DNA of 64,000 nt from Octopus vulgaris (Eukaryota): contig OX597834.1 of NCBI GenBank assembly GCA_951406725.2, positions 27,714,001 to 27,778,000 on the forward strand, read 5' to 3'. The first letter of the stretch is position 1, and each line of letters begins with the position of its first letter. The notes beneath the pieces are model-generated. The model did not search any database. It had not been told where the DNA came from and worked only from the letters and a program-made list of their open reading frames with translations. Positions 1-13,890 of this stretch are shown piece by piece. The translations under genes were made by a program, and so were the position numbers.

Positions 1-220
1 CACTTCAATTGCTGATAGTAGATCTGTGCATGATTGCTGCATTAGTCGGTAGCAACCCAAACTGGATGACTCCTTTGCAATCTCACCAAATAGAGAGGAG
101 AAACTTCTTCACATGGAGTTCCATTTTCGGTTGTGGGTGGTCCTTTTCTCCTTCACCAAACCAATATCTACAACACTTAAAATTTTGTGAAAAGACCCAT
201 TTATCGTCAATGGTCACCTG
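1..220 (-). pseudogene. mariner-family transposase relic (catalytic domain fragment)
   Basis: Minus strand reads QVTIDDKWVF...PQPKMELHVKKFLLSIW*DCKGVIQFGLLPTNAAI/(N)AQIYYQQLK, matching mariner motifs IVTGDEKW and KKxMLxVWWDxxG; in-frame stop and frameshift. Confidence 0.85.
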
Positions 221-225
221 TCTGT

Positions 226-345
226 CCTCGTGGAGCTTTAGGTGTTTTCGCTCAATAAACACTCACAACGCCTGGTGTGGAAATGGAAACGACGATCCCT
301 AGACCGTGAGTCCGCTGCCTGAACCACTGGGCCATTGCACCTCCA
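226..345 (-). mobile_element. SINE family A, tRNA-like head fragment
   Basis: Matches the head of the full copies at 13891-14260 and 46271-46658; a separate 3'-end fragment lies at about 438-527. Confidence 0.8.
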
Positions 346-352
346 CACACAC

Positions 353-428
<76 letters not shown>

Positions 429-591
429 AAATATTTCGTGGCACTCCGTCGGTTACGACGACGTGGGTTCCAGTTGATCCGATCAATGGAACAGCCTGCC
501 CGTGAAATTAATGTGTAAGTGGCTGAACTTATACCTCATATATATATATATATATATATATAGATATATATATATATACACACATATATAT

Positions 592-1080
592 ATGAGGTGG
601 TAGGAAAAAAATTCCCGGACTAGTTCTGTTGTACGCTAACAGATTGCTGCACACGGTAGCGTGCGCAGTGAGAGCGAGCAATGACCTTCACGAAGCAGTA
701 TGCCGAGTGACATCACTATCTTAACTTTGCAGGTTGTGAAATTTGTGTTTTTGTGATCCCGTGTATGCTGCGCTGTACGATTTTATCATGGACAAGAGCA
801 TATAGCCAATGCGAAATGTTGCGCGAAACTTGGAAAGACACATTGAGCATACTTCGATAAGCTTACGGTTACGATGCCGTGGGTTGTACGCAATGTTTTG
901 AGTGGCACGGGCGCTTCAAAAGAGCGTCGCTGGAAGAAGATGAGCACTTTGTAAGATATACCACGAGCGTCACTTCCGGAAATGTGGTATCGTGCATCAT
1001 CAATTCTTCCCCCCCCCCCGCCCCAGGGACCGACCGTCAATCGAGAAATTCTACTGCGACGTTTCGAAGCTCCTTCGTAT
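592..1080 (+). mobile_element. degenerate mariner element, 5' part (HTH region)
   Basis: ORF 879-1082 MGCTQCFEWHGRFKRASLEEDE and upstream ANAKCCAKLGK resemble the mariner N-terminal DNA-binding region; starts after a (TA)n tract. Confidence 0.7.
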
Positions 1081-1127
1081 AACCAAACGTGTGTGTGTGT
1101 GTGTAGAAATCTTTCGTCACACAAAAG

Positions 1128-1170
1128 TGTCGCTGAAGAGGTCACAGATGTGACGAAAGGTTTCCGGACA
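1128..1170 (+). ncRNA. minimal type I hammerhead ribozyme motif
   Basis: TGTCG-CTGAAGA-G-GTCAC(AGAT)GTGAC-GAAA-GGTT-T-C-CGGACA: canonical core, 5-bp stem II, stem I UGUCG/CG(G)ACA with one bulge. Confidence 0.7.
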
Positions 1171-1374
1171 ATGGACATGACTTAAAATAGTAAAATAAGA
1201 ACAGTAATAAACGAGTGAAGACAAAGTATATAGTGCGTGTGTTTATTTGAAAAAAAATGACCATCCCGAAATACAAATGTATATATATATATATACAGAG
1301 AGAGAAAGTGACCTTTACACTACTTGACCAAACTTTTGAAAGGCCTGGGTGAAATCATGAATTCAGTAGTAAAA

Positions 1375-1465
<91 letters not shown>

Positions 1466-2165
1466 TAATAATAATGATGATGATGATGATGATGATGATT
1501 TTTAAATTTGTTATTTTTTTGTTTGTGCTTTTTGCTGCTCTTGCTTTCTTGGGTTTGTATTTTGTTTATTCATATCCGTGAGATAATCTGAATATATAAT
1601 TAGCTATGCAGGTGGTAGATGGTTAAATAAATTTGTGGCTTGTCTCAAAGATAAGATTAAAATAATGCTTATGCTATGAAAAAAAAAAACATTTTTTCAT
1701 TGGAATGCAAACACAGCATCTAAAAACTAAAATGAATATAATAATAAAAAATAATAACAAAACACGGCATCTCGTTTTAAAAGAGATGTTTAAAACGAGA
1801 AGAAAAAACGAACCAAAATTAAATTTTTTTTTACGTTGCAGAGAGGGAAGGAAGCCATTTTGTATTCGGGGTCTTTGTTGGTAATTTTTTCAGTTTTCTT
1901 AATGTTCTGTGACTTTGTGGTTTATTATCATTTTTGTTATTGTATTTATTTTCAGATTGGTTGAGGGTATTTTGGTTTTGTTGTAATCTTATTTATTTGT
2001 TTATTTATTCATTTAGTTAGTTTTTCAATTTTTTTTTTTTGGGGGAGTTTTCAAAGAATTTCACCTAATCGCTCTTCGATCAGTTATGCGAAATTTGTTC
2101 GACGTAACTCTTCGAAGGAAAACGGAAGGAACCTTGGAATTATATATAAAGTCGTTTGCTTTGTC

Positions 2166-2183
2166 AGTGTTGTTGTTGTTGTT

Positions 2184-2272
<89 letters not shown>

Positions 2273-3170
2273 TGTTTCTACAATTATTGTTGTTATCGGC
2301 AGTGTTTTTCGTGTTGGTGATAATGGTGGTGCTGGTCATAGTGGTATGATGGTGGTGGTGGTGGTGGTGGTGGTGGTATGATGATGATGGTAGTGGTGGT
2401 GGTGGTGGTGGTGGTGGTGGCAGTGATGATGTCGTTTGTGGTTGATGCTGTCACTGTTGTTGTCAGTGAAGAGTTCATGTTTTTTTTTCTTTTTGCTTTA
2501 CACTTATGTCCGTTTTTTTATTGTTGTTAATGTTGACAATTTTATTACATATATTTTCATAAAAACATTGTTGTTGTGTTGATGAGGATGATGGTGGTGG
2601 TGGTAGTGGTGGCGGTGGTGGTGGTGGTTATAGTGGTGTTTATGGGGGTGGAGATGGTGGTAGTGGTGGTGGTGGTGTTGGTGTTGGTGGTGGAGATCGT
2701 GGTGATGGTGGTGATGGTGGTGGTGGAGGCAGAGGAGATGGTCGTCGTCGTCGTCGTGATCGTCGTCATGAGGAAAAGGCTGTTTGCAGTGATGGAGGTG
2801 GGGATGGTGGATGCAGTGGTGTTGAGGATTTGTATGATCATAGGGGCAAATGGTCTTGGTGATTTTCATGGTGTTGATGGTGATGATGATAACAGTGAGG
2901 ATGATAACGATGATGATGCTAAGAAGGAGGAGGAGGAGGACGAGGAGGTAGAAGAAGAAGAAAAGTCGGGGAAAGTAGGTTATTTTGATGATGGCCACGA
3001 TGGCAACATCGATGGCGACAATGACTAGCATGAAGAGGAGGAGGAGGAGGTGATGGAGTGGGATGTGCATGGTGATGGTAGTGATGATGATGATGATGCT
3101 GATGATGACCACGACGATGACAAATATGACAAAGCAACCAGATGACGACGACGAAGACGACGACCATAAA
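2166..3170. repeat. compound trinucleotide microsatellite block (TTG, TTC, TTA, GGT, GAT, GAG)
   Basis: Directly visible tandem triplets; source of the poly-L/V/H/D ORFs. Confidence 0.95.
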
Positions 3171-3744
3171 CCACTTGCGAAATGTTGTTACGTTTTCGAT
3201 GTTTTTTGGCGATTAGGATGTTTGATAGCCAGAGAACCGTTCGGAAGAAGGAAGAGCAAATTTTTACTGATAACAAATTAGAAATGAAATTAAATAGTGC
3301 GTTCACTTAACATGTTCTTGCTGTTGTTATTGTCGTTGTTGTCCTCTGCTTCCTCATCCTCCTCCTCATCCGCCTCCTCCTTCATCTGTTTTGACTTCTT
3401 CGTTTTATCCTATTTGCTTCTTTTTTTTTTCATTTTTTTTTCTTTTTTTCTAAGTTATAGTTTTAGTGGAGATGAAAAGAACGAATAAAAAAAAAAACAT
3501 TGACCAGATAACTTAAACTTCCATTTTGGAAATATTTTTGTATTTATTTTTTGTATATTCCGTTTTTGTTTCTTTTTAAAAAACTTATTTGGAGTCTCTA
3601 AAAGCGAGAGTTAACTTTTTCTTTGAAATTGTCCAACGTTGAGTTAGTTTATATATTGGTATGTTGAAAAACTTTCGTACAACTTGTAAATTAATTATGC
3701 ATGTGTATCTATCAATCTACCAATCTATTATCTATTGACCTACT

Positions 3745-3821
<77 letters not shown>

Positions 3822-4053
3822 AAATATACATACATACATATATATATATTTTTGTATATATATATAAAATTTATAAGTTTAAATTATTTAAATAATTTTT
3901 TTATTTTTAACTTTTATATTTTTAAATTAATTTTATGTATTGGCTTATGTTTTTCACTGTTTGATTTGCCTAATAGTGGTTTTATCTCTAATTTAATATA
4001 ATATATACATATATACGTACACATCTCTCTCTCTCTCAATATATATATACATA

Positions 4054-4129
<76 letters not shown>

Positions 4130-4727
4130 AGAATATATATATACGTGTGGATTTTCCGAAATTCCTCTAAGAACCCTCGCAAAAATATTTTCAAACCACT
4201 TCTTTATATTGATGGAAAGTACGCCATGCGCAAAAACTGTAGTCCGGTCATTTCGCTCCCGCCTGGTCTCTCTCTGTATATCATTGCGCACGCGTTACCG
4301 AGAGTCCATAATAAACATGTATTTTTTGAAAAATTATATCGAAGGCATACAGACATATATAATAGCTCCCTTCGGTTGAGCCAGTCTATTCCTACTCTGA
4401 CTTTCAACTGGGGGTACTCAATGCCTTCAGGCAAGAATTAATTTCCCTGATTTAACAGATGAAACTGTTAAACGAAAATACAATATAATGTAAATCTCTA
4501 CTATGGTAAACAGTGCTCTTTTTTTTCCGACTGTCTTCTCTCTATATATATATATCTGCGCGCACGCCTCTGTGTGTGTGTGTGTTTTGGTATATGGGGA
4601 GTGGAAAGGATATCGCTAATTCTGCAGATTTTCTGGCTAATGACAAGCTATATGCTTTAATCTGCACATCGTAAGCTTAAGCATGTGTGCGTGCGTGCGA
4701 TCGCACATACATGTATGTGTACTTTCT

Positions 4728-4792
<65 letters not shown>

Positions 4793-4953
4793 AAATCTTG
4801 CACAACAAATATATAAACGTATATATATAAATTTCTATGTATACGCATGCATAGTTATTATTATATATATGGGTGTGTGTAAGTAAATATATATATATAT
4901 ACTCACACATGTATATGCATATTTATATATGTATATATATGTATGCATATAGA

Positions 4954-4987
<34 letters not shown>

Positions 4988-5056
4988 CATATAGAAATAG
5001 AATATATATATATATATATATATATACATACATACATATATGTGTGTGTGTGTGTA

Positions 5057-5118
<62 letters not shown>

Positions 5119-6007
5119 TATATAAATATATATATGTATGTATTTACATATATGTATACATATAGGCATGCGCATTTTAAAAATAAGGCTGCCGTTAATC
5201 TAAAAATGGCGGATTAAGATTACACTGAGTAGAACTGAGAATCACGTCTTAAAACCCTCTCTTGTATTATCACCTGATAGCACCGTTGACATTAAAAGAT
5301 ATCCACCAGATATAGAATTGGTTCAGAGTTATTACACTCTAAATTATTACTACATGCATTACAAACGAAAGCGTATTTCCAAACGAATCAACGAATCTAC
5401 CTCTTTGTATTCACTCATCTTGTCAGAAATAGAACGTAATATTTTTCTCCAGTTGTTTACTACTATCTTAAGAAAACAAAGTACACTCTGAAGGATTGTA
5501 CTACGTTCTCAACTTATGTGAATTTTCCCTCACTGAATGTTTCCGTTTCTGTGCGTTATTTTCCTTTAGTAGTAAGATACATGCATATTTACATAACATG
5601 CAGAAAAGTGCATGAGGAAAAGGACATCTAGGGACCATTGATACACTTTCAGGCAAGATACTCTTGGTTGCAGCTTCATACCTATTACTAATGAAGTAAC
5701 AGTGTATATACCAATTCGTCTGGAGCAAAGTATGGTTGAACTTCAAATTTTGGGGAAAAATGAAAATCCTTAATTCATACGCTGCAAATGAGCGTGATAT
5801 CTGGGACTGTGAAAATCTGTAAGACCTTCTTATGATTTTAAGGCAGGTGGCTAAACAGATACTTTCCTTCACAATCTTGCCGACCAAATTTTAGTCTAAG
5901 TCAAAAAGAGAAAGAAAGCTTATATATACATACGTACACGCATATTCGTATATACATTCATATATATTTATATATATATATATATTTACATGTGCATACA
6001 TACATAG

Positions 6008-6058
<51 letters not shown>

Positions 6059-6135
6059 TATACATATTTATATATATAAATATATATATATATATTTAAA
6101 TATAATATAAATAATATATAAATATATGCATATTT

Positions 6136-6476
6136 GCCAACCACATGGTTCCGGGTTCAGTCCCACTGCGTGGCACCTTGTCTTCTACTATAGCCTTGTG
6201 AGTGGATTTGGTAGACGGAAACTGAAAGAAGCCCGTCGTATATATGTATATATATGTGTGTGTGTTTGTGTGTCTGTGTTTGTCCCCCTAGCATTGCTTG
6301 ACAACCGATGCTGCTGTGTTTATGTCCCCGTTACTTAGCGGTTCGGCATAAGAAAGCGATAGAATAAGTACTGGGCTTACAAAAGAATAAGTCCCGGGGT
6401 CGAGTTGCTCGATGGAAGGCGTTGCTCCAGCATCGCCGCAGTCAAATGACTGAAACAAGTAAAAGATAAAAAGATA
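6136..6476 (+). mobile_element. SINE family B, 5'-truncated
   Basis: Matches copies at 18816 and 24994 (ccacatggttccgggttcagtcccactgcgtggc...gcagtcaaatgactgaaacaagtaaaag). Confidence 0.85.
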
Positions 6477-7114
6477 GGTTGACCACACACATTTCTTCGG
6501 AGTTGGCACCAAGAATTATACATGTTTTTCATTTTGTTGTTGTAATTATTGTTGCTGTCGTTGGTGTTGTTGCTGTCATTATTGGTACAGCTGCTACTGC
6601 TGCTGCTGCTGCTGCTACTGCTGTTGTCCCTGTTGCTGTTTACACACAGGTCAACAACGCTCTAACAGACCTATGACCAAAGCATTCCAGGCGCGACTAT
6701 CACTTCCTTTTATGAGCATCTACAAATACAGTTTCTGAAAAGAGCCTTCCTTTATCAACATAGCAATGTATGACCGAAGGAATTTATTACTGTTATGTCT
6801 AGCTTCTTGAGCGACCCCGATTATCTATTAAGTCCCTTTGAAGTTCTTTGTATATATTCGTGTATATAGAGTGACTGTATGTATAGTCCATTGATTACAA
6901 TATACTCTCTTTAATGTTCATACACAATAGCTGTGTACATCAGTGACGGCTGCATATACACAATGGCTATCTATAAGTTCAATGCCTATATATACAATAT
7001 ATATATATGTATGTATATATATATGCGATGTATGTACATAGACAATAACAACATGTATGTGATATTTACGATGACTACACTGGAGTGTGTGTGTACATAC
7101 ATACATACATACAT

Positions 7115-7178
<64 letters not shown>

Positions 7179-7321
7179 CAATATACATATATGTATATAC
7201 ACATTTATATTTAACATACATATCTATGCAGGCATGTATGTCTGAATGTACGTATTTAAGTAAAATCTGATGCATTTAAAATGAATGTGTGTATATATGC
7301 ATATATATGTGTGCGTGTCTG

Positions 7322-7391
<70 letters not shown>

Positions 7392-8359
7392 CAAAAACTG
7401 ATGTATTTACAATGAATGTATACACACATACACACACACACATATAAATATATGTGTGTATTTATGTATATCTTATATGCGTATACAATATATACATATA
7501 TAAGTGCGTGTGTATACATGTATGTATATACGGCCAATGAATTTGTGCAATTACAAAGGCTGTCTATAAAATGACAATAATTTCGTGTGTGTACAATAAC
7601 AGAACATGAATAGAAAATTCATGTGTATATGCAATCACTCTGTGTATAATGCGGACAATACGCCGATATATACATACGTACATACATGAATACATGCATA
7701 TATACATACATATATATATATGTATGTATATATATATATATATATGCATTTATGGCGTATGAAAGTGCATGCACAATGAAAATTTGTAAATACAATACAA
7801 TGTGCATCTACAACGACTGTATATATATACAAGTGACGGTGATTATATACAATGGCTTTATATAGCCTACGATAGTATGTACAATGGATATGTATGTGTG
7901 TCTATTGTATACAAGGATTATCCGCGTGCGTATGTGTTTGTGTGTTTAAGATATGTTTTGGTAAACAATCGGGGTTAGAGTATGAAAGTACTCAATATAT
8001 ACGTATTGTAGAGATTATTTATTCGTTCTAAGCTAATAATTCACTCCGACGCTGTACACCGTTCCTCTTCATGTGTTATTCATCGGGAGACAAACAAGTT
8101 ACACACACACGACGCACGCCCACACACATGCACACATGTACACACACACACACACGCACGCACGCAAACCTACGCACGCGCACGCACACACACAGGCACA
8201 CATACACACACACACAATCACACGCACTGAAACACAGACGCATACACACACTCAAGTAATATATACAGAGAAAGCGGGGAGAGAGTAACTGACAGAGACA
8301 CACAGACGCGCAGGCAAATAGAGAGACAGACAGACAAACAGACAGATAGATAGATAGAC

Positions 8360-8503
<144 letters not shown>

Positions 8504-8524
8504 GTGCTGAACTGTTAACCTCAA

Positions 8525-8686
8525 CATATTTTTTCTCCGATATTTTTTCTTAGTCTTTTCTGTCGAAGAGCGTAGGCTTGAAACGTGTAAGACTTTTTCA
8601 TTTTTCCCGAGCGTTAAACTAATTCACCTGCTTGTGGTTCCTACACTTGTTATCGTTTCTTTTTTTTATTTTCTGTAGATTTGAAT
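8525..8686 (+). mobile_element. short HHR-bearing element, family H1 (degenerate HHR 8552-8594, core CTGTCGA)
   Basis: agtctttt-CTGTCGA-A-GAGC(GTAG)GCTT-GAAA-CGTG-taagact; body homologous to 14646-14831. Confidence 0.65.
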
Positions 8687-8705
8687 TAGATAGATAGATA
8701 GATGT

Positions 8706-8745
<40 letters not shown>

Positions 8746-9263
8746 AGAAACACATATATGTATACATATGCACATATAGACATACACACATCTGTACGTA
8801 TTGCTATGTATTCTTGTGAAAAGCAAATCTTAGTTACAACCAACTTTAACTGCGTGGTGAAATCCCTGGCTTCATTCTCAAACTGAATAGATATTCTAAA
8901 AACTTCTGTCTTCAAAATATCTTAGTCACGTTACCTAATAATAAGCTAATAATAAGTCTTTCTTTTATAGGTGCAAGGCCTTAAAAACTGGGAGAGAGTA
9001 CTAGTCGATAATGAGTAGTTGAACGAAAGGATTTTGAAAGACGAAATGGATTTAAAAAATGAGAACCTGCTGAATTTACGATGGATGCGTCAATGTAATT
9101 TGAGTTCTGGTAAGGAATTTGCTATGAAGTCGCAATGGTGGCACGATTTCGATTCTTGCCTGAGATTGGAAAATGTGTATGTTGATTACAGGATATTATT
9201 CTTTTATTATAAGAAATATTGAACTTCTAAATCTCTCGTAGAGACATGTACGGTGGTGGGGCG

Positions 9264-9609
9264 ATAGAATGGTTGTATACTGTCAATCTAACAAGAACGT
9301 GACAGTAGGGGGTACACCACCGCTGTATAGCCCTAGGAAGCATCGAACGCCTCCTGATAGCTTTGATACATCTTTTTCCCTGTGTCCTTATATACATTTA
9401 CAAGGACAACGATCCTGAAACATGGTGTCCCTAGATGCAGTTCCGGCAGCCGGGGGTGTTTGTCTCCCCTTCGTAAATGTATATAAGGACACAGGGAAAA
9501 AATGTGTCAAAGCTATCAGGAGGCGTTCGATGCTTCCTAGGGCTATACAGCGGTGGTGTACCCCCTACTGTCACGTTCTTGTTAGATTGACAGTATACAA
9601 CCATTCTAT
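9264..9609. mobile_element. fold-back/MITE-like element with ~138-bp inverted repeats
   Basis: 9264-9401 is the near-perfect reverse complement of 9473-9609; ~70-bp spacer. Confidence 0.85.
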
Positions 9610-9639
9610 TCTTTTATGGTTCTGTTTCTTCAACTCAAA

Positions 9640-10560
9640 TTGTTTAGATGCATCATAACACATTTTAAGCTACTCAGATCGATGTAGGCAATAAATAACC
9701 TGTCTGAGATGTTAACAGAACTGTACGGAATGTTTCAACATCTCCTTCTTCCTAAGGCTAGGCCTTCCTTTACTGCGGAATCCCTCCACTTGGTCATACA
9801 AAAGAATTTTCGGAATGCGATCATCTTGCATTCGAATATGTCCAGCCCATCTGCACTGAATTATCAACTCACTGTTTCCTCTTGCTTTTGTACAAGTGTT
9901 TTATAAATGTATCTTTGAACTGTTGGAAAACAGATCCAGCTTCTCAGATCAGACATTAATTTTTCGCAGCTTTCTTACAAGCTGCCTACCATCATTGCTT
10001 GAATACTTCTATGGTAGTCATCATCATCATTGTTCGACAGTAATCGAGACAATGGAACTTACCATGCTACGCCAGACTTCACGGTCCATCATGGCATTAC
10101 GGAGGTCCTGTTGCTGGATGCCTGTATCCCTGGAGATTACATCAGGGCAGGAGAGTGTGCGCCCTCTGGCATTGCGAGTAGATGGCTTCCAGAGGAGAAG
10201 AGTAGAAATTACCTCTTTTTCAGCTCTACAACAATGTCCAGCAAACTGGACTCTCTTACCTTTCACAAGAGATGACACAGGTGGTAGCTTCCCATATATC
10301 TGCATAAGATCTGGTCATCAAATCTAAGTAGAGACTTCAAACTTGAAATCTTCAAAGCCACAGTCGAACCAATTCTACTATATGGCTCAGAAACCTGGAC
10401 GTTATCAAAGAAGCTTGAGAGGCGGTTGGATGGAACCTACACTCTATGGTAGTACTGTCTTCTTCAGGAGCGTTACCGTTGGGAATATACTTAATTGTAG
10501 TACATATTTCTTCCAAGGATGTAGTAAACAGCATATATCCTATCAAAGCGTAACATTGTT
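9640..10560 (-). pseudogene. old RTE-clade LINE relic, internally deleted, interrupted by a younger RTE insertion
   Basis: Minus strand gives EEICTTIKYIPNGNAPEEDSTTIE, ...FQQFKDTFIKHLYKSK and QCRWAGHIRMQDDRIPKILLYDQVEGFRSKGRP (RTE RT N-terminal and C-terminal motifs). Confidence 0.75.
10019..10442 (-). mobile_element. young RTE-clade LINE 3' fragment with 5' inversion
   Basis: Minus 10027-10305 RVQFAGHCCR...DREVWRSMV plus (TGA)n tail; plus 10306-10442 KIWSSNLSRDFKLEIFKATVEPILLYGSETWTL; 11-bp TSD TCTATGGTAGT at 10008-10018 and 10443-10453. Confidence 0.9.
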
Positions 10561-10958
10561 TCTCCGATATTGGAGGAGAGGTGAGAAAAGGTGCCCTCAA
10601 AATATGCTGTCTTCAAGAAATTTGGCATTAACTGCAGATGTCTAGTCATCCAGTTTGTTGCAATGGAGATAAAGATAAGAAAAATAAGAAATTTAGATAG
10701 GAAAGAGATGAGAAAAATGGTATGAACATTACCCAAAGTGTGTGGTAGAAAATGCCGAAATAAAGATATTGTAGTCCTTCATGATGCAATGAAATCATTG
10801 AATCGAAGATCGGAAGCCTTCTAGACGAGGCAATAAAATCGTGCCTGATTGTAGATATCGCTTAAAGAACGATAAACACAGATGAGATAAAAAGCTACGA
10901 GGAGTAAAATCAAACAGCTTGAACCAATGGAAGACTTGTATTGTGTTTTATATATAAA

Positions 10959-11356
10959 CTAGCAGTATCGCCCGGCGTTGCTCGGGTTTGTAAGGGAAAT
11001 AACTATATAAGCATTTTTAGAGAGTTATAGCCAAAAAATAGCAAAAAAATGCATTAAAAATGGAAAAAAAAATTATGGTAAATTTTTTTTTTAATCATTG
11101 ACTCATCGTAGACATTTTTAGAGAGTTACTTCCCTTATATAATAGCGAAAAAATTGCATTAAAATGGAAAAAAATGGTGGTAAATTTTTTTAAATCGTAG
11201 ACTCATCGTAGACGCGCGCTAATACCCAGAAGGGCTCGATATGAATCACGACTATAAGATACCCGCTTTTGGTTACACTGCACCGCAAAATGTGGGAGTA
11301 GTTAGGAATCTAAATCGTAGGAGACAGACACACAACTTGACTTTTATATATAAAGA
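10959..11356 (-). mobile_element. non-autonomous Helitron
   Basis: Minus strand 5'-TC...CCCGAGCAACGCCGGG hairpin...CTAG-3', inserted between A and T, no TSD. Confidence 0.85.
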
Positions 11357-11801
11357 TGACAGACAATGCAACACATTCAGAAAATATTATTACTTAGTAG
11401 TGCAAAGAATCTCTGCAAATATCTTGGGAAGTGAACAGACAGTACATCAGTGGTATCTTCGGTAACAAGCTGAGAATGTTAGATCATATAAATATTAATG
11501 CTAATGATAATTCTCTGTGTGCGTGTGTGTATGTGTGTGTAATAGAACGAATGAATTTTGCGAAGCATGCACTTTGTTTACGTATATACATGCATTACAC
11601 GCAATATATATTTCTCTGATATTATTCTGTATATATTTTGTACTTTACTTAATTATAGGTATATATTTTAATCATATACTTCATTTTTTTCTATATGGCA
11701 TGGTTTAATTATATCATTATTGAATTGCTACATGGTGGTTCTTCTCATATTTTTATATACATATTATATATATATATGCGTATGTGTGAATAGGTGATAT
11801 A

Positions 11802-11861
<60 letters not shown>

Positions 11862-12073
11862 CACAAATTACATATTATACGCACACACATATATGTATGT
11901 GTATATATATGTTTGCTTTGTTTATGTGTATGTATATGCATGTTTGTTCCCAACTGCAAACATACGTGTAATAAATGGTATTCTATCATTAGAAATACCA
12001 TATATATATATGATACATACATGAATATACATATACACACACACATATATATATGTATACATGTATATATACA

Positions 12074-12109
<36 letters not shown>

Positions 12110-12421
12110 CATACATACATGCGTGCACACATGCACAATATATTCGTGCAGTGTTGCACGCATGTATTGTGTGTATACTGGAAAACACATATGAAAGTAA
12201 CCAAACAGTGATTGAAATAAAAACTGAAGATGGCTGCTTTTGAATAGCACAAGAGAAAAATAATATTTTGTTATTGAAATATCGTATCAATGCCATGTTA
12301 GTTCGTTAAAGTAAACTATTTTAAAGAACTTCCTTAATTTCTGCATATACAGGCCTCCATATTCTCATTGTCCTTGAATTTTGGTGTCTTTGATCCCCCC
12401 CCTAAGTATACATACACACGT

Positions 12422-12454
<33 letters not shown>

Positions 12455-12490
12455 CATACACACACATATTTATACATATATATATATATG

Positions 12491-12730
12491 TCGAAACTAT
12501 GCATAGTCCAGAGATGAAAAGGGTAAATGTTTTTATTTCTCTTCCAATTTCAGAATTACAACTATTTAGCGGTTTGAGTTTGGGTGCTCTTTCCAGTGAG
12601 TCGAATGGCCTATCAGGGCCATTCCTTATATTGTTGAATGTATATTACATAGCCTTTAACTATCTTTTATTTCTCACTAGACCGCTGGTAGCGAAGAATT
12701 TTTTCTAGAATTTTTTTGCTACCCTTATAT
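12491..12730 (+). mobile_element. TA-flanked short element beginning with the 3' half of a hammerhead
   Basis: Starts TC-GAAA-CTATGCATAG-T-C: palindromic stem III ACTATGCATAGT and GUC triplet; the 5' half of the ribozyme is absent. Confidence 0.5.
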
Positions 12731-12914
12731 TTATTAAAATATATATATATAACTATGTGAGTGTGTGTATTGTTTGCTTCTATGCCAAGTTATATTTAAA
12801 AACAATCTAACGTTACTCAGTACTTCTTGGTAGAGTACAGGCATATAAATGTTTTAGAAGATGGGTGACAGAGAGTTCGAAATTTCGGTCTGCTAGCATA
12901 TATATATATATTTA

Positions 12915-13125
12915 TAAAGTTAATCCAAACATGAAAACACAAAGAGAAAGCACAACAACGCGAGGACGTGGAACAAATATAGTATTATTGGACGCTCAGG
13001 AAGGAAGGGAAGAAGGAGGGTTTTACGTTTCGAGCGGAGCTCTTCGTCAGAAACATAGGAAAAGGAAAGGTCCAGAGAAGGGAAGACGGAGGGAAAAAAT
13101 CGCCAACGGTACACACGCGGTCACA
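12915..13125 (-). mobile_element. short HHR-bearing element related to family H1
   Basis: TA-flanked ~210 bp; organisation similar to 14646-14831; contains the HHR at 13020-13054. Confidence 0.7.
13020..13054 (-). ncRNA. minimal type I hammerhead ribozyme motif, canonical core
   Basis: GTTT-CTGACGA-A-GAGC(TCC)GCTC-GAAA-CGT-A-AAAC: stem I GUUU/AAAC, palindromic ACGU stem III, GUA cleavage triplet. Confidence 0.8.
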
Positions 13126-13890
13126 TATATACATATATTATATTGCGTAGAGCTGCCTTCGTTATTTTATGTGTGTGCGTGCATCTGTGTGTGTTTCGTT
13201 TCTAAGAAGCAGGAGAATAAGTACTCAATTCTTAATTTAGAGTATAAATATATTCATTCGGTTAGAGCCGCCGTACACCGTTTGTTTAAACTTTTTATTT
13301 CGAAGGTCGAGAGGTCAACACCGTTGATTATCTCAATTAATTGTTTTGTTGCCCAAGATAGACGCAAGTGCAGTTATTTGGTTAGAAACTTTTGATTATC
13401 ATTGTTCTCTTAATCAGGGATGGCCCTGGGCCTAATATTAAGAAAATGCAATTGAAGTAAAATAAAAGATGGTCATAGGCTGGATTCCTTTTGATCATAA
13501 TAGTTATTTTATGTATGACGATAAAATTTTATGATCTGATAATTGACTGGTGTTTCTTTCGACTCTTGTAATCATGAAGAGGTTTATAAAAGAAGCTGTA
13601 GAAATTATTTCGACCTCTCAAGCGCACTGAATGTTTCAAATCCACTGGTGTTTTTAATCGGATAGCGTATTAATGAGCTGAATTAGCAGTTTTTGTTTTT
13701 GACACTGAGAGATTAAGACGAAATTGAATAACAACGACAAAAACAATAATAATAATAATTGGCTTTATATAAGGTTCATTAGCAACCATAACAAGAACAA
13801 CAACAACAACAACAACAACAATATCTACTCGTCCAAAGTTTGAAACCTGTTCATGTAGCATCTGTGTGAAGACAAACTTCTTTCTATAGT

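Noticed and set aside
5501-5887. 128-aa non-repetitive ORF
   Set aside because: Non-ATG start, no recognisable motif, and length compatible with chance.
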